DNA from: the human T2T-CHM13v2.0 reference genome, Homo sapiens | DNA: 64,000 bases | Assembly: GCA_009914755.4 (NCBI GenBank) | Contig: CP086569.2 | Location: 11,648,001 to 11,712,000 of the forward strand | Direction of reading: 5' to 3' | Notes under the pieces: generated by a model | Told to the model about the DNA's origin: nothing | The model's database searches: none | The model's input: only the letters and a program-made list of their open reading frames with translations | Part shown: positions 47,682-59,929 of the stretch, one piece after another | Layout: each line of letters starts with the position of its first letter | Numbering within the stretch: position 1 is the first letter of the stretch | Program-made: the position numbers and the translations under genes

Positions 47682-50600
47682 CAGCAGGGGATGGGGCAGG
47701 CTGAGCACAGCTGCAGGGCTGGCTCATCTCAGTAACTCAGCACAGGGGGGCAGTATCCCCAGAGTCCCAGGTCAGACCAGGGCAGCACAGATTTACCTTG
47801 AAAGATCACACTTCTCATTGGTGGCCATATGGTTACAGAACATATTTTTGTAGTGAATTTTCAAATTTTAAATCAACCTAAGACTAGATTAAATAATATA
47901 TTTATACTTGTATTAGGAGTGTATAGGAAAGCATCATTTTTGGCAGAAAATTTACAATAATATTGTAGAATGTGGGGCTGTCAGAAATTTCAGTTAGTCT
48001 CAAAGGAATTTGATGAGTGTAAGAGTATTTAGTGCTATAATAAAAATGTCTCTGTCAGTGTGAAATTGCTTCTTTTATGAAATGAATATAAAAAGAATTT
48101 ATCAGAAGCGTCTTTAATAAATTCAATAGAATTTACTAACAAACTTAAGACATTGTTCCTAGGAGTAAAAGGAAAAACAATTCTCTGAAGATGCACAAAG
48201 ATGATAACTGTGTCACGCATAGATATGCCATTATCCAGAGCTATGGGTCTCTTTAAGACTCCGGGGCTAAATGGGCTGCACCTTATTCTTGGCGTGATGA
48301 TCCCCATATTCTATCCCCTTTCCTGCCTTTGGTATAATTTCTTATGGTTCTCCAGCATGGAGTGTTGACTAGTAATACCAAGTCTCATTATTTCAACTAA
48401 AATCTCTGTTTCACTCGCTGACTATAGAAGCCTGGATTAAAATCAACTTGAAGCCCTCTATCAATCTAGGCTCAAATAGTCAATTGTTTCAAAGTAGGAT
48501 GACAAAGGCCACATCCCCTGAGTAATGCTGTGAGCTGCACTCCCCACCAGCCTGTTCCTGGGGTCTCAGGTGAATCTGCCCTAGAGTCTGGCTTTCTGGA
48601 GAGCAGGTGAGTGGGGAAAAGCCAGGTCAGTGAACCTCTCTCCTTAGCGAGGGCAGCTGCTGCCCAATGCGTGTTCTTGCCATGCACCACGGCATCATCC
48701 TGACCCAGATGTCAGCCACCCTCTCTCACATCCATTTAGAGAGAATCTCCATCTTGTGCCAAGAGACTGCCCATGCAGACGAAAAAATATTTTGCATCCA
48801 AACATATCTTAAGCACTGATTTGAACCTCAATACTTCACACAGATGCCTTTGTCCAGGGCGTGTGGGCCTGGCTCAACAGCAGGGGAAGTGGAGCCAATT
48901 ACATCAGTGTCAGTGGACTGAGAAATACTCCAGGGAGTAGTTCTCATGCACGACTACCAGTGGCCAGACCAAGGTAGTGCAGCCTGTGCACAAACCTCCT
49001 GCTGCTTTTCCAGAGGACTAGATTTCTGGGAAATGGCTACTGAACAGGCTGCCAGGATCCATATATCCAGATTCAGAAAGACACATGTCTGAATTCAAAT
49101 GCGCTTTTTCTTTGTGCATAATTTTAGCAGTCATTGTTACTACGCCTTGGGGATTCTAGTCATTATACTTCAGCTGACTCTCTATGGCCCTTTCTCCCCT
49201 TCACTGCTCTATCTGAACCTGGGGAAGCAGCTCAGGCTGCAAATGAGGCAGACCTCATGGCCTGGAATTAGCATCCCCTAGGATGGCTGTCAATCAGTGA
49301 TGACAAGGGAGGGGTACACATCCCCCAGCTCCCTCACCTCTCAGGTGGAATAACAGAGTCATTTTTCCTGTATTTCTATGTGGGCTTGAGCTCTCATCAT
49401 CCTCATAGGTGGCTCCTTCTGAGGCACCTTTCATTTTCCCTTTCCCTCCTCCCCTCCCTTGCTCACTTGCTTGTTTCCCACGCTTTGTAAATATACTGCC
49501 TGCATGCGAATATTTGGCATCCTTCTCACTGAGGGGATCCAACCTAATGCATTGGAAAAATCCTCATTTTTGGAGGGCATCGTTTGTTTGAATTATTGCC
49601 ACTTCTCAAGTTTTAATGCATAGGGAAATTCCAAAAATTTAGGAAATCTTTAAATTCCCTTTGCCAATCTTTCTTAGATTTGATTTTAGCAGAGATTCAT
49701 TTTCTCTAGGTCACAAAATCACAGAAGCCTTCCACAAATGGCTACACAACATAGAGTCCACATAGAGCAGAGACTCAGAATCTCCCCAGGATTTGACATC
49801 CACACATCAGACAGTCCTAGAGTCTCAGGTTTTTTCTAGGTCAATTGCCTCATAAATCTGCCTTGTGATATTTTTATTCTGCCTTAGGGGAAGACCATTG
49901 TGTGAATGATGAGAGTTGTTTGTGCAATGAATAATACACCCACTAAAGACATCACTGTCCTAATATCTGAAATCTATCATCATTACTTATTAATATGTCA
50001 AAAATAACTTGGCAGACATGGTTGAGAATTTTGGGGTTAGGAGAGTAACCTGAATTATCTAGGTGAGACCATCATAATCACAAGTGTCCTTAAAATAGGG
50101 AGGGAGGAAGGTAACAGCCAAAAAGGACCTGGGACAATGGACATGGAAACTGGAGTGATGGAGGAAGGAGCCATGCTGCTAGGAATGTGGGAACATCAGA
50201 AGGGTGGAATGCTCGATATTAGATTCTCTCTCTTGAAGTCTACAATGAATAGAGCCCTATTACTCCTTGATTTTACTTCATTGAGACTTCTGACCTCCAG
50301 AAATGTAAGATAATGCACTTGTGTTATGTGGAGCAGTAAGGTTGTGGTAATTTGTTTCAGCAGCAACAGGAAACCAATGCAAGGGGAAGGGGTGTGTTTT
50401 ACTTCCCTAGTGTATCACTGTCCTCTGTTCTCCCAAATAGTTCTGTGTTTTTGTGTTTGCTGTCAATTTCAACAAGAGACAGAAAACATTTTTCTATGAG
50501 GAGAGCTAGCACCACAATTCTTCTTATGTAGAAAGTGTCCTGAGTAATTCTCTGGGTTAGGTCTTGTACAATCTCGGTATCTGAGAGCCTGGAGGTCATC

Positions 50601-50682
50601 CCTCACAGCACATGAGAAGAGGAAGGAGATGCGGGTTTGCTGTTTTAACATTTGTGGGGCAAACTAGATGTACAAGACCCAT

Positions 50683-50689
<7 letters not shown>

Positions 50690-50714
<25 letters not shown>

Positions 50715-51060
50715 TTATTATTATTATTATTGTTGTTGTTCTTTAAGTTCTAGGGTACATGTGCACAACGTGCAGGTTTGTTACATATGTATACAGGTGC
50801 CATGTTGGTGTGCTGCACCCATTAACTCGTCATTTACATTAGGTATACCTCCTAATGCTATCCCTCCCCCCTCCACCCACCCCACAACAGGCCCTGGTGT
50901 GTGATGTTCCCCTTCCTGTGTCCATATGTTCTCATTGTTCATTTCCCACCTGTGAGTGAGAACATGCAGTGATTGTTTTTTTTTTTGTCTTTGCGATAGT
51001 TTACTGAGAATGATGGTTTCCAGCTTCATCCATGTCCCTACAAAGGACATGAACTCATCC
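50690..51060 (-). mobile_element. L1 3'-end fragment (antisense) whose tail appears as the (CTT)n(ATT)n(GTT)n microsatellite at 50690-50735
   Basis: cttcttcttcttcttcttcttcttattattattattgttgttgtt then ctttaagttctagggtacatgtgcacaacgtgcaggtttgttacatatgtatacaggtgccatgttggtgtgctgcacccattaactcgtcatttacattaggtatacctcctaatgctatccc. Confidence 0.75.
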
Positions 51061-52374
51061 TTTTTTATGGTTGCAAGCGAGAACTGAGTCAGAGAGATGG
51101 GGATGGCAGAGGAGATAAAATGTGGTCAGGGCCGTGTAAGATGTGACCCTGCTGCCATATCTGAAAGAAAGGCTGTTGGTGTTTGTAAAGGCTTTGGGCA
51201 AATTGTGCTTTGTAGACAAAACTGTAGAAGGGTCTGGGTTTAAGCTTAGTGTCAGCGTGATGAGGACTAGAGGTCGCAGTTAGCTTGTGTTAAGAAATCC
51301 ACCCTGCACTTCTGGCTTTGTCTCTTTTCTGGTTTTATAGGTGATGGGTTCCTCTATGGAATGAACGTGGCTATGTGGAAGGAACATAGTTAAGGTCAGA
51401 CAGACCTAGACTCCAAGTTCAGCTTCAACAACTGCTGACCAAGTGACTTTTATGCAAATCAGCCATGTGCTGTCATGAACAGTTTCCTCATGTGTGAAAT
51501 GGGGCACTGAGGATGTGAAGGGGTGTCCTAAGGGTTCCTCCAGCTGATGCACCATGAAGTGTACATACATGTATAGACAGACACACATATATGAGAAGCG
51601 TATCTAGTGCCCCTTTTATGCATTCTTGAGTAACTCAGAATGTTATGTGAGATATTCACAGTCATATGTCATTTTCAACTAAAATTATCAATATTTATCT
51701 TATAACTAACAGATGCTTCTCTGTACACTGTAGGTTTCATGTACATTTCTTCAATCACAAAATTTTTCACCAATCTATTTATGTCTAATATCAGAAAGTT
51801 AAGCAAGGAGATTGTAAACCAACACAATACTTTTAGTCTGGATTTTCCCGGAGCCCCATTTGTGTTAGTGTCCTCGGGCTACTGTAGAAAGTTCTCAAAA
51901 ACGTGGTAGCTTCAAACAACAGGAATAGAATCTCTCATAGTTCAGAAGTCCAGATCAGTTTCACTGGGCTAAGATCTTGGAGTCATCAGTTCTGGCTCCT
52001 TCTGAAGCTCTAGGGAGCAGTCTGATTTAGCTCTTCCAGCTTCTGGTGGCTTCTCCCTCCCAGGATGTGGACACATCACTGCAATCTCTGTCTCTGTGTT
52101 CACATTGCCTTCTCCACTTCAGTCTATGCTAAATGTCTCTCTACCTCTTGTTTTTTTTAGGACACGTGAGTTTCCATTTAAGTCCCAGTTGATTAATCTA
52201 AGACCATCTCCCTGTTTCAAGCTCCTTAATTTACACCTGCAAAAGCTGTTTTCCCAAATGAGATACATGCATAGTCTTCTTGGAATGAAACTTCACTATT
52301 TGGGGATGATACTCAGTACTACACCATTACATAACCAGGTCTCAGTGTTAGTCCTGTACATACATCATAATCTC

Positions 52375-52405
52375 TCTCTCTCTCTCTCTCTCTCTCCACA
52401 CACCC
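52375..52405. repeat. (CT)n microsatellite
   Basis: atctctctctctctctctctctctctctcc. Confidence 0.85.
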
Positions 52406-54916
52406 TGGCTTCCTCCTTTTCTCAATGTCATAAATCTCTTCAATTCCTTAAGTGTATCCAGTGACACCTATAAACAAATAAGTATCTGAGAAAAGTCTCA
52501 ATCAGTTTAGAAATTTATTTGGTCAAAGTTAAAGAAATATCAGTGAAACAGCCTCAGGAGGTCTTGAGAACGTGTCAAAGGTCGTCGGGCTACAGGTTGG
52601 TTTTACACGTTTTAGGGAGACATAAGATATCAATCAATACGTGTAAGCTGTACATTGCTTTGATATGGAAAGACAGGACAGCCCGAAGGAGGGGGGATGT
52701 TGGGGACTTCCAGGTCATAGGTGGATTCAAAGATTTCATAGGTGTTTGAAAGAGTTTATCTAATGACCTGTAATCAACACAAGGGAGTTTCTGGGTTTCG
52801 AAAAAGGGTTTTGGAGCCAAGGTTGCATCGTGCAGATGAAGCTTCCAGGTAGCAGGCTTCAGAGAGAATAGATTGTAATTGTTTCTTAGTAGACTTAAAA
52901 GGTGCCAAACTCTTAGTTAAATCTCTCTGGGTCAGGAAAGAGACTTAAAAAGTAATCTCTACAGAATGTAGATTTTTCCCACAAGAACCAGCTTTGCAGA
53001 GACATTTTAAAATACATTAAATAACAATATCTTGGGGAAAATACTTTTATTTCTCTTAGGACGTGGTATCTCTCACATTGGTATCTTATTGCTATAAAGA
53101 GTTTTCTTTGTCAGTCTCAAGGTCTCTGTCTTCTTATTAAAAGCTGGTCAGTTGTGCCTGAATTTTAAAGGGAAGAGGGCAAGTTAAGGCATATCCAATC
53201 ATCCGTTCCGATCATGGACTGCATTGCATTTCAGGTTGATTTTGGTGTGTCCTTGGCTGAGAGGAGGAGCTCATTCAGTTGGTTAGGGAGCTTAGAGTTT
53301 CATTTTTGGTTTACACACCTGTGTCCAGGTAAGAGGGTCCCACACAGGAAGGCATGCTCAGAACCTGGCTTGCAGGGCTGCTTACAGACCTTCTATGTCT
53401 CCTGTTGTCATGCACAAGGAAGGACACAGCCAATGACAACCCTCAGCCATCCGGGGAGAAGCTGTGTCTGCAGAGAACGGTCATGAGCTCTGAATCTAGA
53501 GACCTGTGATTGTCTTCAGGGGCCTGTGGTCCTTAGCCTTCATAGGAGTTGTGAGGGCACTGGCTCAAATAGCATCCACCAGGATTCCAATCAGAATATC
53601 TCATTCACAGAAGGCAGTGGGTGATATGACAGCACAGAGGGACTCTGTGGGGCCAGCTGCATGGAGCACTCTGGGAGAGTCACTGGCACCCGTGCTAGAC
53701 AGAGCTTCATTCAACTTCTGGAGCACACGGATTTAGATTTCTTTACATCATTTTGAAAGACCATTTATAATTCTGAAGGAAACCACTGTAATTAACTAAG
53801 GTAACATCTTTAATAGGCAGAAAGAAAAAAGTGATTATTTTATTGCCAAGATGATTACAAGAAAAGAAACAAACAAAAATAGCATGAAGAAAAGAGCAAC
53901 ACTAGACTGAGGGCTTTGGGTAAGAGGTTGAGACTTAGTAGTGAATGCCCTGGGCCATCTTCTGTCAAAAGGGAGGGACAATCAACAAAGGGAAATATGC
54001 AGTAGAGGCAAAATCTTGATTAGTAAGAGAATCCTAAGAGAAAACAAGAAGTCATCTTCCTGAGCATCATGTTGGTGTCGGGAAAATGCACATAATCCCC
54101 CCATTGCATGTCTTACATTTTTCAGCAATTAGGGCTCAGCATGAATTTAGAAGACACCATTCACTTCAGAGCAGATGGGGACACAGTCAAGGCAGCGGTG
54201 AGAGGCAAGGCTGGGCTTTCAGTCTCAGAGCACAGAGCAGGTTCCCCACTACTCCGCACCCTGGTGTCTCCTCCCAGATGTTCCAGATGTTCCACCTCAT
54301 TCTTGCCTTAAGGGCTCCAAGTTGTTAATGGGACAGTAGTCCTCTTCCTTTCCCAGGGTTTCTAAGAATTTGGCTCTCTTTTGTGTATTGTGGGGTTTGT
54401 TTGCCATCTAGAGGCAGGTTTTTGGCATAGCAACTTACAGGCTTTTTCTACTTGTGATAGCGAAAATAAATACATAAATAAATTCATCATAAATAATAAA
54501 TTGACTTAATGCATTGAATCTGTAAAAAAAAAATAAGGTCAGTTTGAGAGCTTAAAAGGAGCCTGATGAGGTTAAAAAGACAAATTACCTTTAGTAAAGA
54601 ACAGATGGAGCAATAGATGATTCTTTCTTTAATCAATTACATTTTAGGAGTAATTATCAAATGGTAAATAAAACTTGAAATAAGCTGATGAAATATAATT
54701 TTATATGCAAAAAATATTTCCATAAACCATACAAATACATTTTCAGATTAAAACAAACAAAAAATGTGGGTTTATCATCAGATCCGCTAAATGGAAGATT
54801 TCTCAAATGTGTGCTTGGAGCAAAAATAACACTTATCCCTATTTGAAAGTTCAAGATTTTTGAGCTTTAGAAGAAAACAGCTTTCCCTTCACTCTGTTCC
54901 ACTCACGCTTCTGAGG

Positions 54917-55065
54917 ATGACCATGGGGCAAAAAGCCACGGCGGCGGGGTGCAAAAAGCCGTGGAGATGGGGGGCAAAAAGCCGCGACTTCAGGGGGCAA
55001 AAAGCCGTGGCGGCGTGGGGGCAAAAAGCCGCGGAGGCGGAGGGCAAAATAGTGGAGATGGGGTA
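54917..55065. repeat. CpG-containing minisatellite, about 6 copies of a 21-24-bp unit GGGGCAAAAAGCCGYGGMGGCG
   Basis: ggggcaaaaagccacggcggcg / gggtgcaaaaagccgtggagat / ggggggcaaaaagccgcgacttca / gggggcaaaaagccgtggcggcgt / gggggcaaaaagccgcggaggcgga / gggcaaaatagtggagatgg. Confidence 0.7.
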
Positions 55066-58000
55066 GAAGGCCGGCACAGCTTGGCATTGCTGGAGTCTGA
55101 TGTGATAGGAAATGTGCAGCCAAAGACAAAAAAAGATGTAAGTAGGCTTGACTCATTGCAGCTAAGAACCCAGATGTTACCTTGAGGGTATTAACTTATA
55201 AGCAGTTTAAATCAGAATTGCACATTCTGATTTGTTTTTTGTATGTTCACATTTGGCAGGCATAGATACGTTTGAAGAGAGAAAAGTCAGAAGATAGAGG
55301 TAACAAACTTAATTATGTGCCAAGTCTAGAAACAAGAGACCAGGGGGATAAGGACCTTTCAAAATAAAATGCAAGATTTGAAAACTGATTGTCTGGGGGA
55401 TGAGGAAAAGTCAGCTCTTTAAGGTCAATCCTTGTTTTGCTTTAAGTTGTTAGGGGGTGGTTTTATCACATATTGTAGAATATGTCATTTCAGTTTTGAA
55501 CATCTTGAGTTAAATTGTCCTAACATATCTTATGAATTTGATTTTCTTCCCTGGGAAGCTAATATTTCAAAATCTTAAGGAGGATAGATTTCCAACTGAT
55601 ATCCAATTTATAAAACTATCTCTAGGCTGCTGATTTTAGGAGGAAGCTCATGAATATTCTCTTTGCAGAGAATATATCAGGAGTTAACAACAGCTTCAAT
55701 ATTTGTGGACGACCAGTTAACTAAGCCACCTCTTAGTGTATTTAGATGGGAAATCTTAGCCGAAGATATTCAATAATGAACCAACAGTGACTAAAATTTC
55801 AATATTGAAGTATATTTCATTGTAATTAATTTGAATTGAAGAAGCCTATACAGCTAGTATTTACTACATTGAAGAATGCAAATAAGAGGAAAAAATTAAT
55901 AACCATCTCTAATACCACATGCCAAAATCCTCATCAATTTATTCTAGCTAAAGGAGTTGATCAGAAGCAGCAGTTGAAAGCACCAACTAAACCAGCTGGG
56001 GTTAGTTCACTGTCATTCTCTCAGAACCATCTCTTCTCTGAACAAAACAAGTACAAAATTTCATTGTGAATCTGCATTCTCCTTGCCTATTTTAAGGTTT
56101 TGATGTTGACACTAATTTGTGAAATCCCTCCTGTGGTGTGATATTTCGTTTTCCTTGCTTTCTGTTAGGACAAGAATGCTTCAGCTCTTAATTTAAAATT
56201 ATGTTTCTCCCTCCTAGGTTGAGTGAACTTAGAATGCATTCTCTGACATATCCAAGTTTTTGTTAATATGAATTTGGGGAAAAAAGCATACTTAAGTAGC
56301 TAAGAGTTCTTATTCTAGGCTTGACCCTATGATTGACATCTTTTGAATTTCTAGTTGCATGGGCTGCTCTCTGACACTGGTTAGTGACCTGGAAGCTATA
56401 TTAATGTTAGGGGAGGTGGTGTATGAGCATTAGAGGTATCCTTGCAAGGAAAGACTTGTCTTATCTCAATACGTCTTTTTTTGCACACAAGAAAGTCAGT
56501 CTGAGTCATCTAAAATCTTCCTATTTCCAAGTTGCAGAGTACCATTGATTCCTAAACAAAGATCTAATTTTTGACTCAGAGACGTGACAAGGTAGTGAAT
56601 CACCATTATAATTTAACAATCTTCAAGATAAAATTATCTCTCTGATATTTAGATTTTGCCCAATTATTAAGATATTTCGGTGTTTCGCTAAGAATAGAAG
56701 ATTCTAGTCTCTTGAGCAGAGACTATAAAGGCCTCAGATGATCATTTTTAATTTTATGCTCTTTTCTTTAACACCTTCAACACAGTTGGAAGCAGCTAAT
56801 ATTCCCCAGAGTTGTTGTGTTTTTTAATGCAAATGCATGGTTCAGTGGTAGAAAACTGGGCTGATCCAAGCTGTTTTCAGTAAACACTTCATTTCAGGTG
56901 ACCTATTTCATATTAAATAATCTCTAGATCCTGTCTTCCAAACTAACTAGATCAGATAACCTGCCCTGGATTTTCTCCTTTTAGGGTCTGTGAGCTGCAG
57001 TCACTTTTGTGAAAATGATTGCAATGACAAGATAAAGTTGCAGATGGGGAAAATGTTTTGACTAATTTAAGCATAGTGGTATTTCATATGAGAATTTAAG
57101 TTACACACATGTGAAAATTATAATGGAGTCTATTGGCTGAACTTTAAAAAAATAGCGTTTATGCTAAAAAGGGAACTGCTGCCTCTCCTAAAATCAGAAA
57201 GTTGTTAACAGTAATTCTCCATTCTCTAGAATTATCAAGAAGCACCTTTGTGATGATTTACTTTTGCTCTTGGGAGTGTGAGCCCGTGTAGCCGTGGAAC
57301 CATCAATTAGAACGGTGGCTTTCTGATCCCAAAGTCATTCGTCCTGAAAACAATATTTTTCATAATTTTGAAAGTGAGAAGTTTTGAGCTTACCATTCCC
57401 AAGTAACTCTCTTAATAAGAGGTTTCAGCATGCTTCAGTGACAGCTGTCACCTTCCAGTGCTGAGAGTCATCTTTGAGTTCTCCATTTCACTCCCTACAC
57501 TCCAATTTAGCTGCAGTTCTCTTGGCCAGTCCTATGAAATACATCCATGGCCTAACGACTTCTCACCACTACTACCACTCATCCTGACAGCATTCTCACC
57601 TAAGTCATTACCTTTTTTCTCTGGATTAGAGTAACCTCCCAATTTATTTGCTCACATAACCTGTTTATTCTACACAGTGCACGAGATACACCCCTTTGAA
57701 ATGCAAACCCAATCATGTTATTCTCTGGTGAAATTATCTCATATATTCCTATCACATTTAAAATTAATTCAGAATAATCCCATGATTATCAAAACCGTAC
57801 ATGCTCTTCCACAACATGGTTTACTTCCAAGATGTCTCTTCAACTTTTTTTTCACTGTACTGAATAGGTGACTAATAGTCATATTTTTGTTTTTGCTCAA
57901 AAAGTCTTGACTTGTAAATTTTTCAGTTTCTCCTTTATCCACAGGTAACTCCTTCCTCATCAGGCGAATTGCTTGCTTACTTGAGTTCTGCTCTCAAAGA

Positions 58001-58559
58001 TACCCTTCATTTTCTACCTAATATTAATAACTTTAATCATTCATTATTCCATTACTATGCTCTATAGTGTATACAATTTCTGTTCTTTGTCATGTTATTA
58101 ACTAAATTATTTATTTGGTCCAGTAACGTATTCCATAAATACTGTACACATAAAAATTATGTTATTTTTATTGCTGTATGTTCAGCTGCCCAATAACAGT
58201 CTGAAGATTAACATATTTGTTAAATGCACAAATACATTCATTCACAAATATCAGTTTAATAATTTTATATTAAACTCCCTCTATAATTACAATATGAATT
58301 AGATAATTCAGAATAAATATTCCATTGGAAAAAACTAAACAATTTGTTATAAAACATCCTTAAAAGCATCAGAAATTTAATACAGCAATGAAGAATTACA
58401 GGACCAAATTTAGAATGGTATGGAAGCCTGTTTGTGAGGCTTATGTTTGGGTTATCTCTTTACTTAGAGTGACTATAAATCTCAAAAGAGAACTAAAGGG
58501 AGAAATAACCATATCAACTCACATGGTAAGGGTATTTAAACATCTCTTAGTAATTGAGA

Positions 58560-58700
58560 TAATTGAAAGAAAAGAGAAAGCGAGAAGGAGAAACAGAGCA
58601 AAAGGGATAATGAAGGAGAGAGAAGAAGAGAAAGGAAGAGAAAGAAAAGTAAAAAGGAGGAGGAGGGGGAGGGAGGAAGAAAGAAAGGTGAAAAGAAAGA
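58560..58700. repeat. Purine-rich (GAAAGA/GGAAG)n low-complexity tract
   Basis: gaaagaaaagagaaagcgagaaggagaaacagagcaaaagggataatgaaggagagagaagaagagaaaggaagagaaagaaaagtaaaaaggaggaggagggggagggaggaagaaagaaaggtgaaaagaaagaa. Confidence 0.7.
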
Positions 58701-59929
58701 ATGCTAAAGTTTTCAACAACATAATTTATCCTTTTAGAATATGAATGTTGGTCTATTTGATAATGTCCCACAGATTCATTAGTCTCTGCTCATTTTTTAT
58801 CTGTTTCTCAGAGTCAATGTTTTCCATTTTCTTATCTTCAAGCTCACGTTTTCTTCTGTGTGTGCAAATATACTCTTAAATCCCTCTGGTGATTTTAAAA
58901 TTTTTATCGTTGTAGTTTTCCGCTCCAGAATTTCCGTTATTTCTGTTGATATTCCTACTTTTTAATATTTTTTTCTGATTGCTTGATTTCTTTGTTTATG
59001 TTTTCCTTTTTACATTTGAGTATAATTAAGAGAGTTGTTTTAAAGTATTTGTCTAGTAAGTTTAATGTCTGGGTTTCCTTATATATATTCTCTGTCAATT
59101 TGTTTTGTTCCTTTGAATGAGCCATACTTTCCCGTTCTTTGTATGCCTTGTACCTTTTTTTTGAAAACTGGACATTATAATAATTATAATTACTATGTGG
59201 TTACTCTGTAAATCAGAACCCCCCCCTACAAACACAGTAATGTTTTGTGGTTTTAAATTTTCTTTACTTATTATATGGTTAAGGATTTTTTTTTAGTGAA
59301 ATTTTCCAAAGTGATTTACAAAACAGTTTGCTTTATAAGGTGTGGTCACCAAAGTTTTTTTGCTTCCTTAACAAATGTTAAGCTAATGTTTTGGCAGTGA
59401 CTTTCTTGTATGTCAGGAACTAAGCAAACAGGGAAATACAACAAAAACAAAGAAAAACAAGTAGTCATTACCCAGCAAAATATATCTCTAGGCCATGCAG
59501 ACTGGCTTTGTCCTGGGTTCTTTAAAGCCGCCACAAAGTGTGTGTTCACTCTTGCACTGAGTGAAGTTCAAGTTGACTCTTGCACAGAGCTTGCACTGAG
59601 GGGAGGTATCAACCAAGGTAAAAGTGTAGGGTCTTCTTATGACATTTGTCAGCATGTGGCTTAACCTATGCATACATGTGACTTTCTAGACTCTCCCATG
59701 TACGTGAATGATTTTTAATGTCTTAATTTTCCAAATACTCTTCTCCAACTTTTCTTCCTGTGCTGAAGGTGATCTACTATATGTGTAAACTCTAATTTAT
59801 ACCCTAAGCATCCATGGTTTGTTAGGTCTCCTTTCAGAGTTTCTTAAAAATGTCCATTCCTTATGTGTTCCTTATTCTAGCAACACAGAAAAAAACAGCC
59901 TTTCATGAGTCCTTTAGATATCCCCCAGA

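Noticed and set aside
54851-55185. Overlapping 60-100-aa ORFs on both strands rich in K/A/G/R
   Set aside because: They are caused by the 22-bp GGGGCAAAAAGCCG.. minisatellite and are repeat artefacts.
58388-58744. 118-aa ORF with an RRRRGREEERKVKRK basic/acidic stretch
   Set aside because: It is a translation of the purine-rich (GAAAGA/GGAAG)n low-complexity tract.
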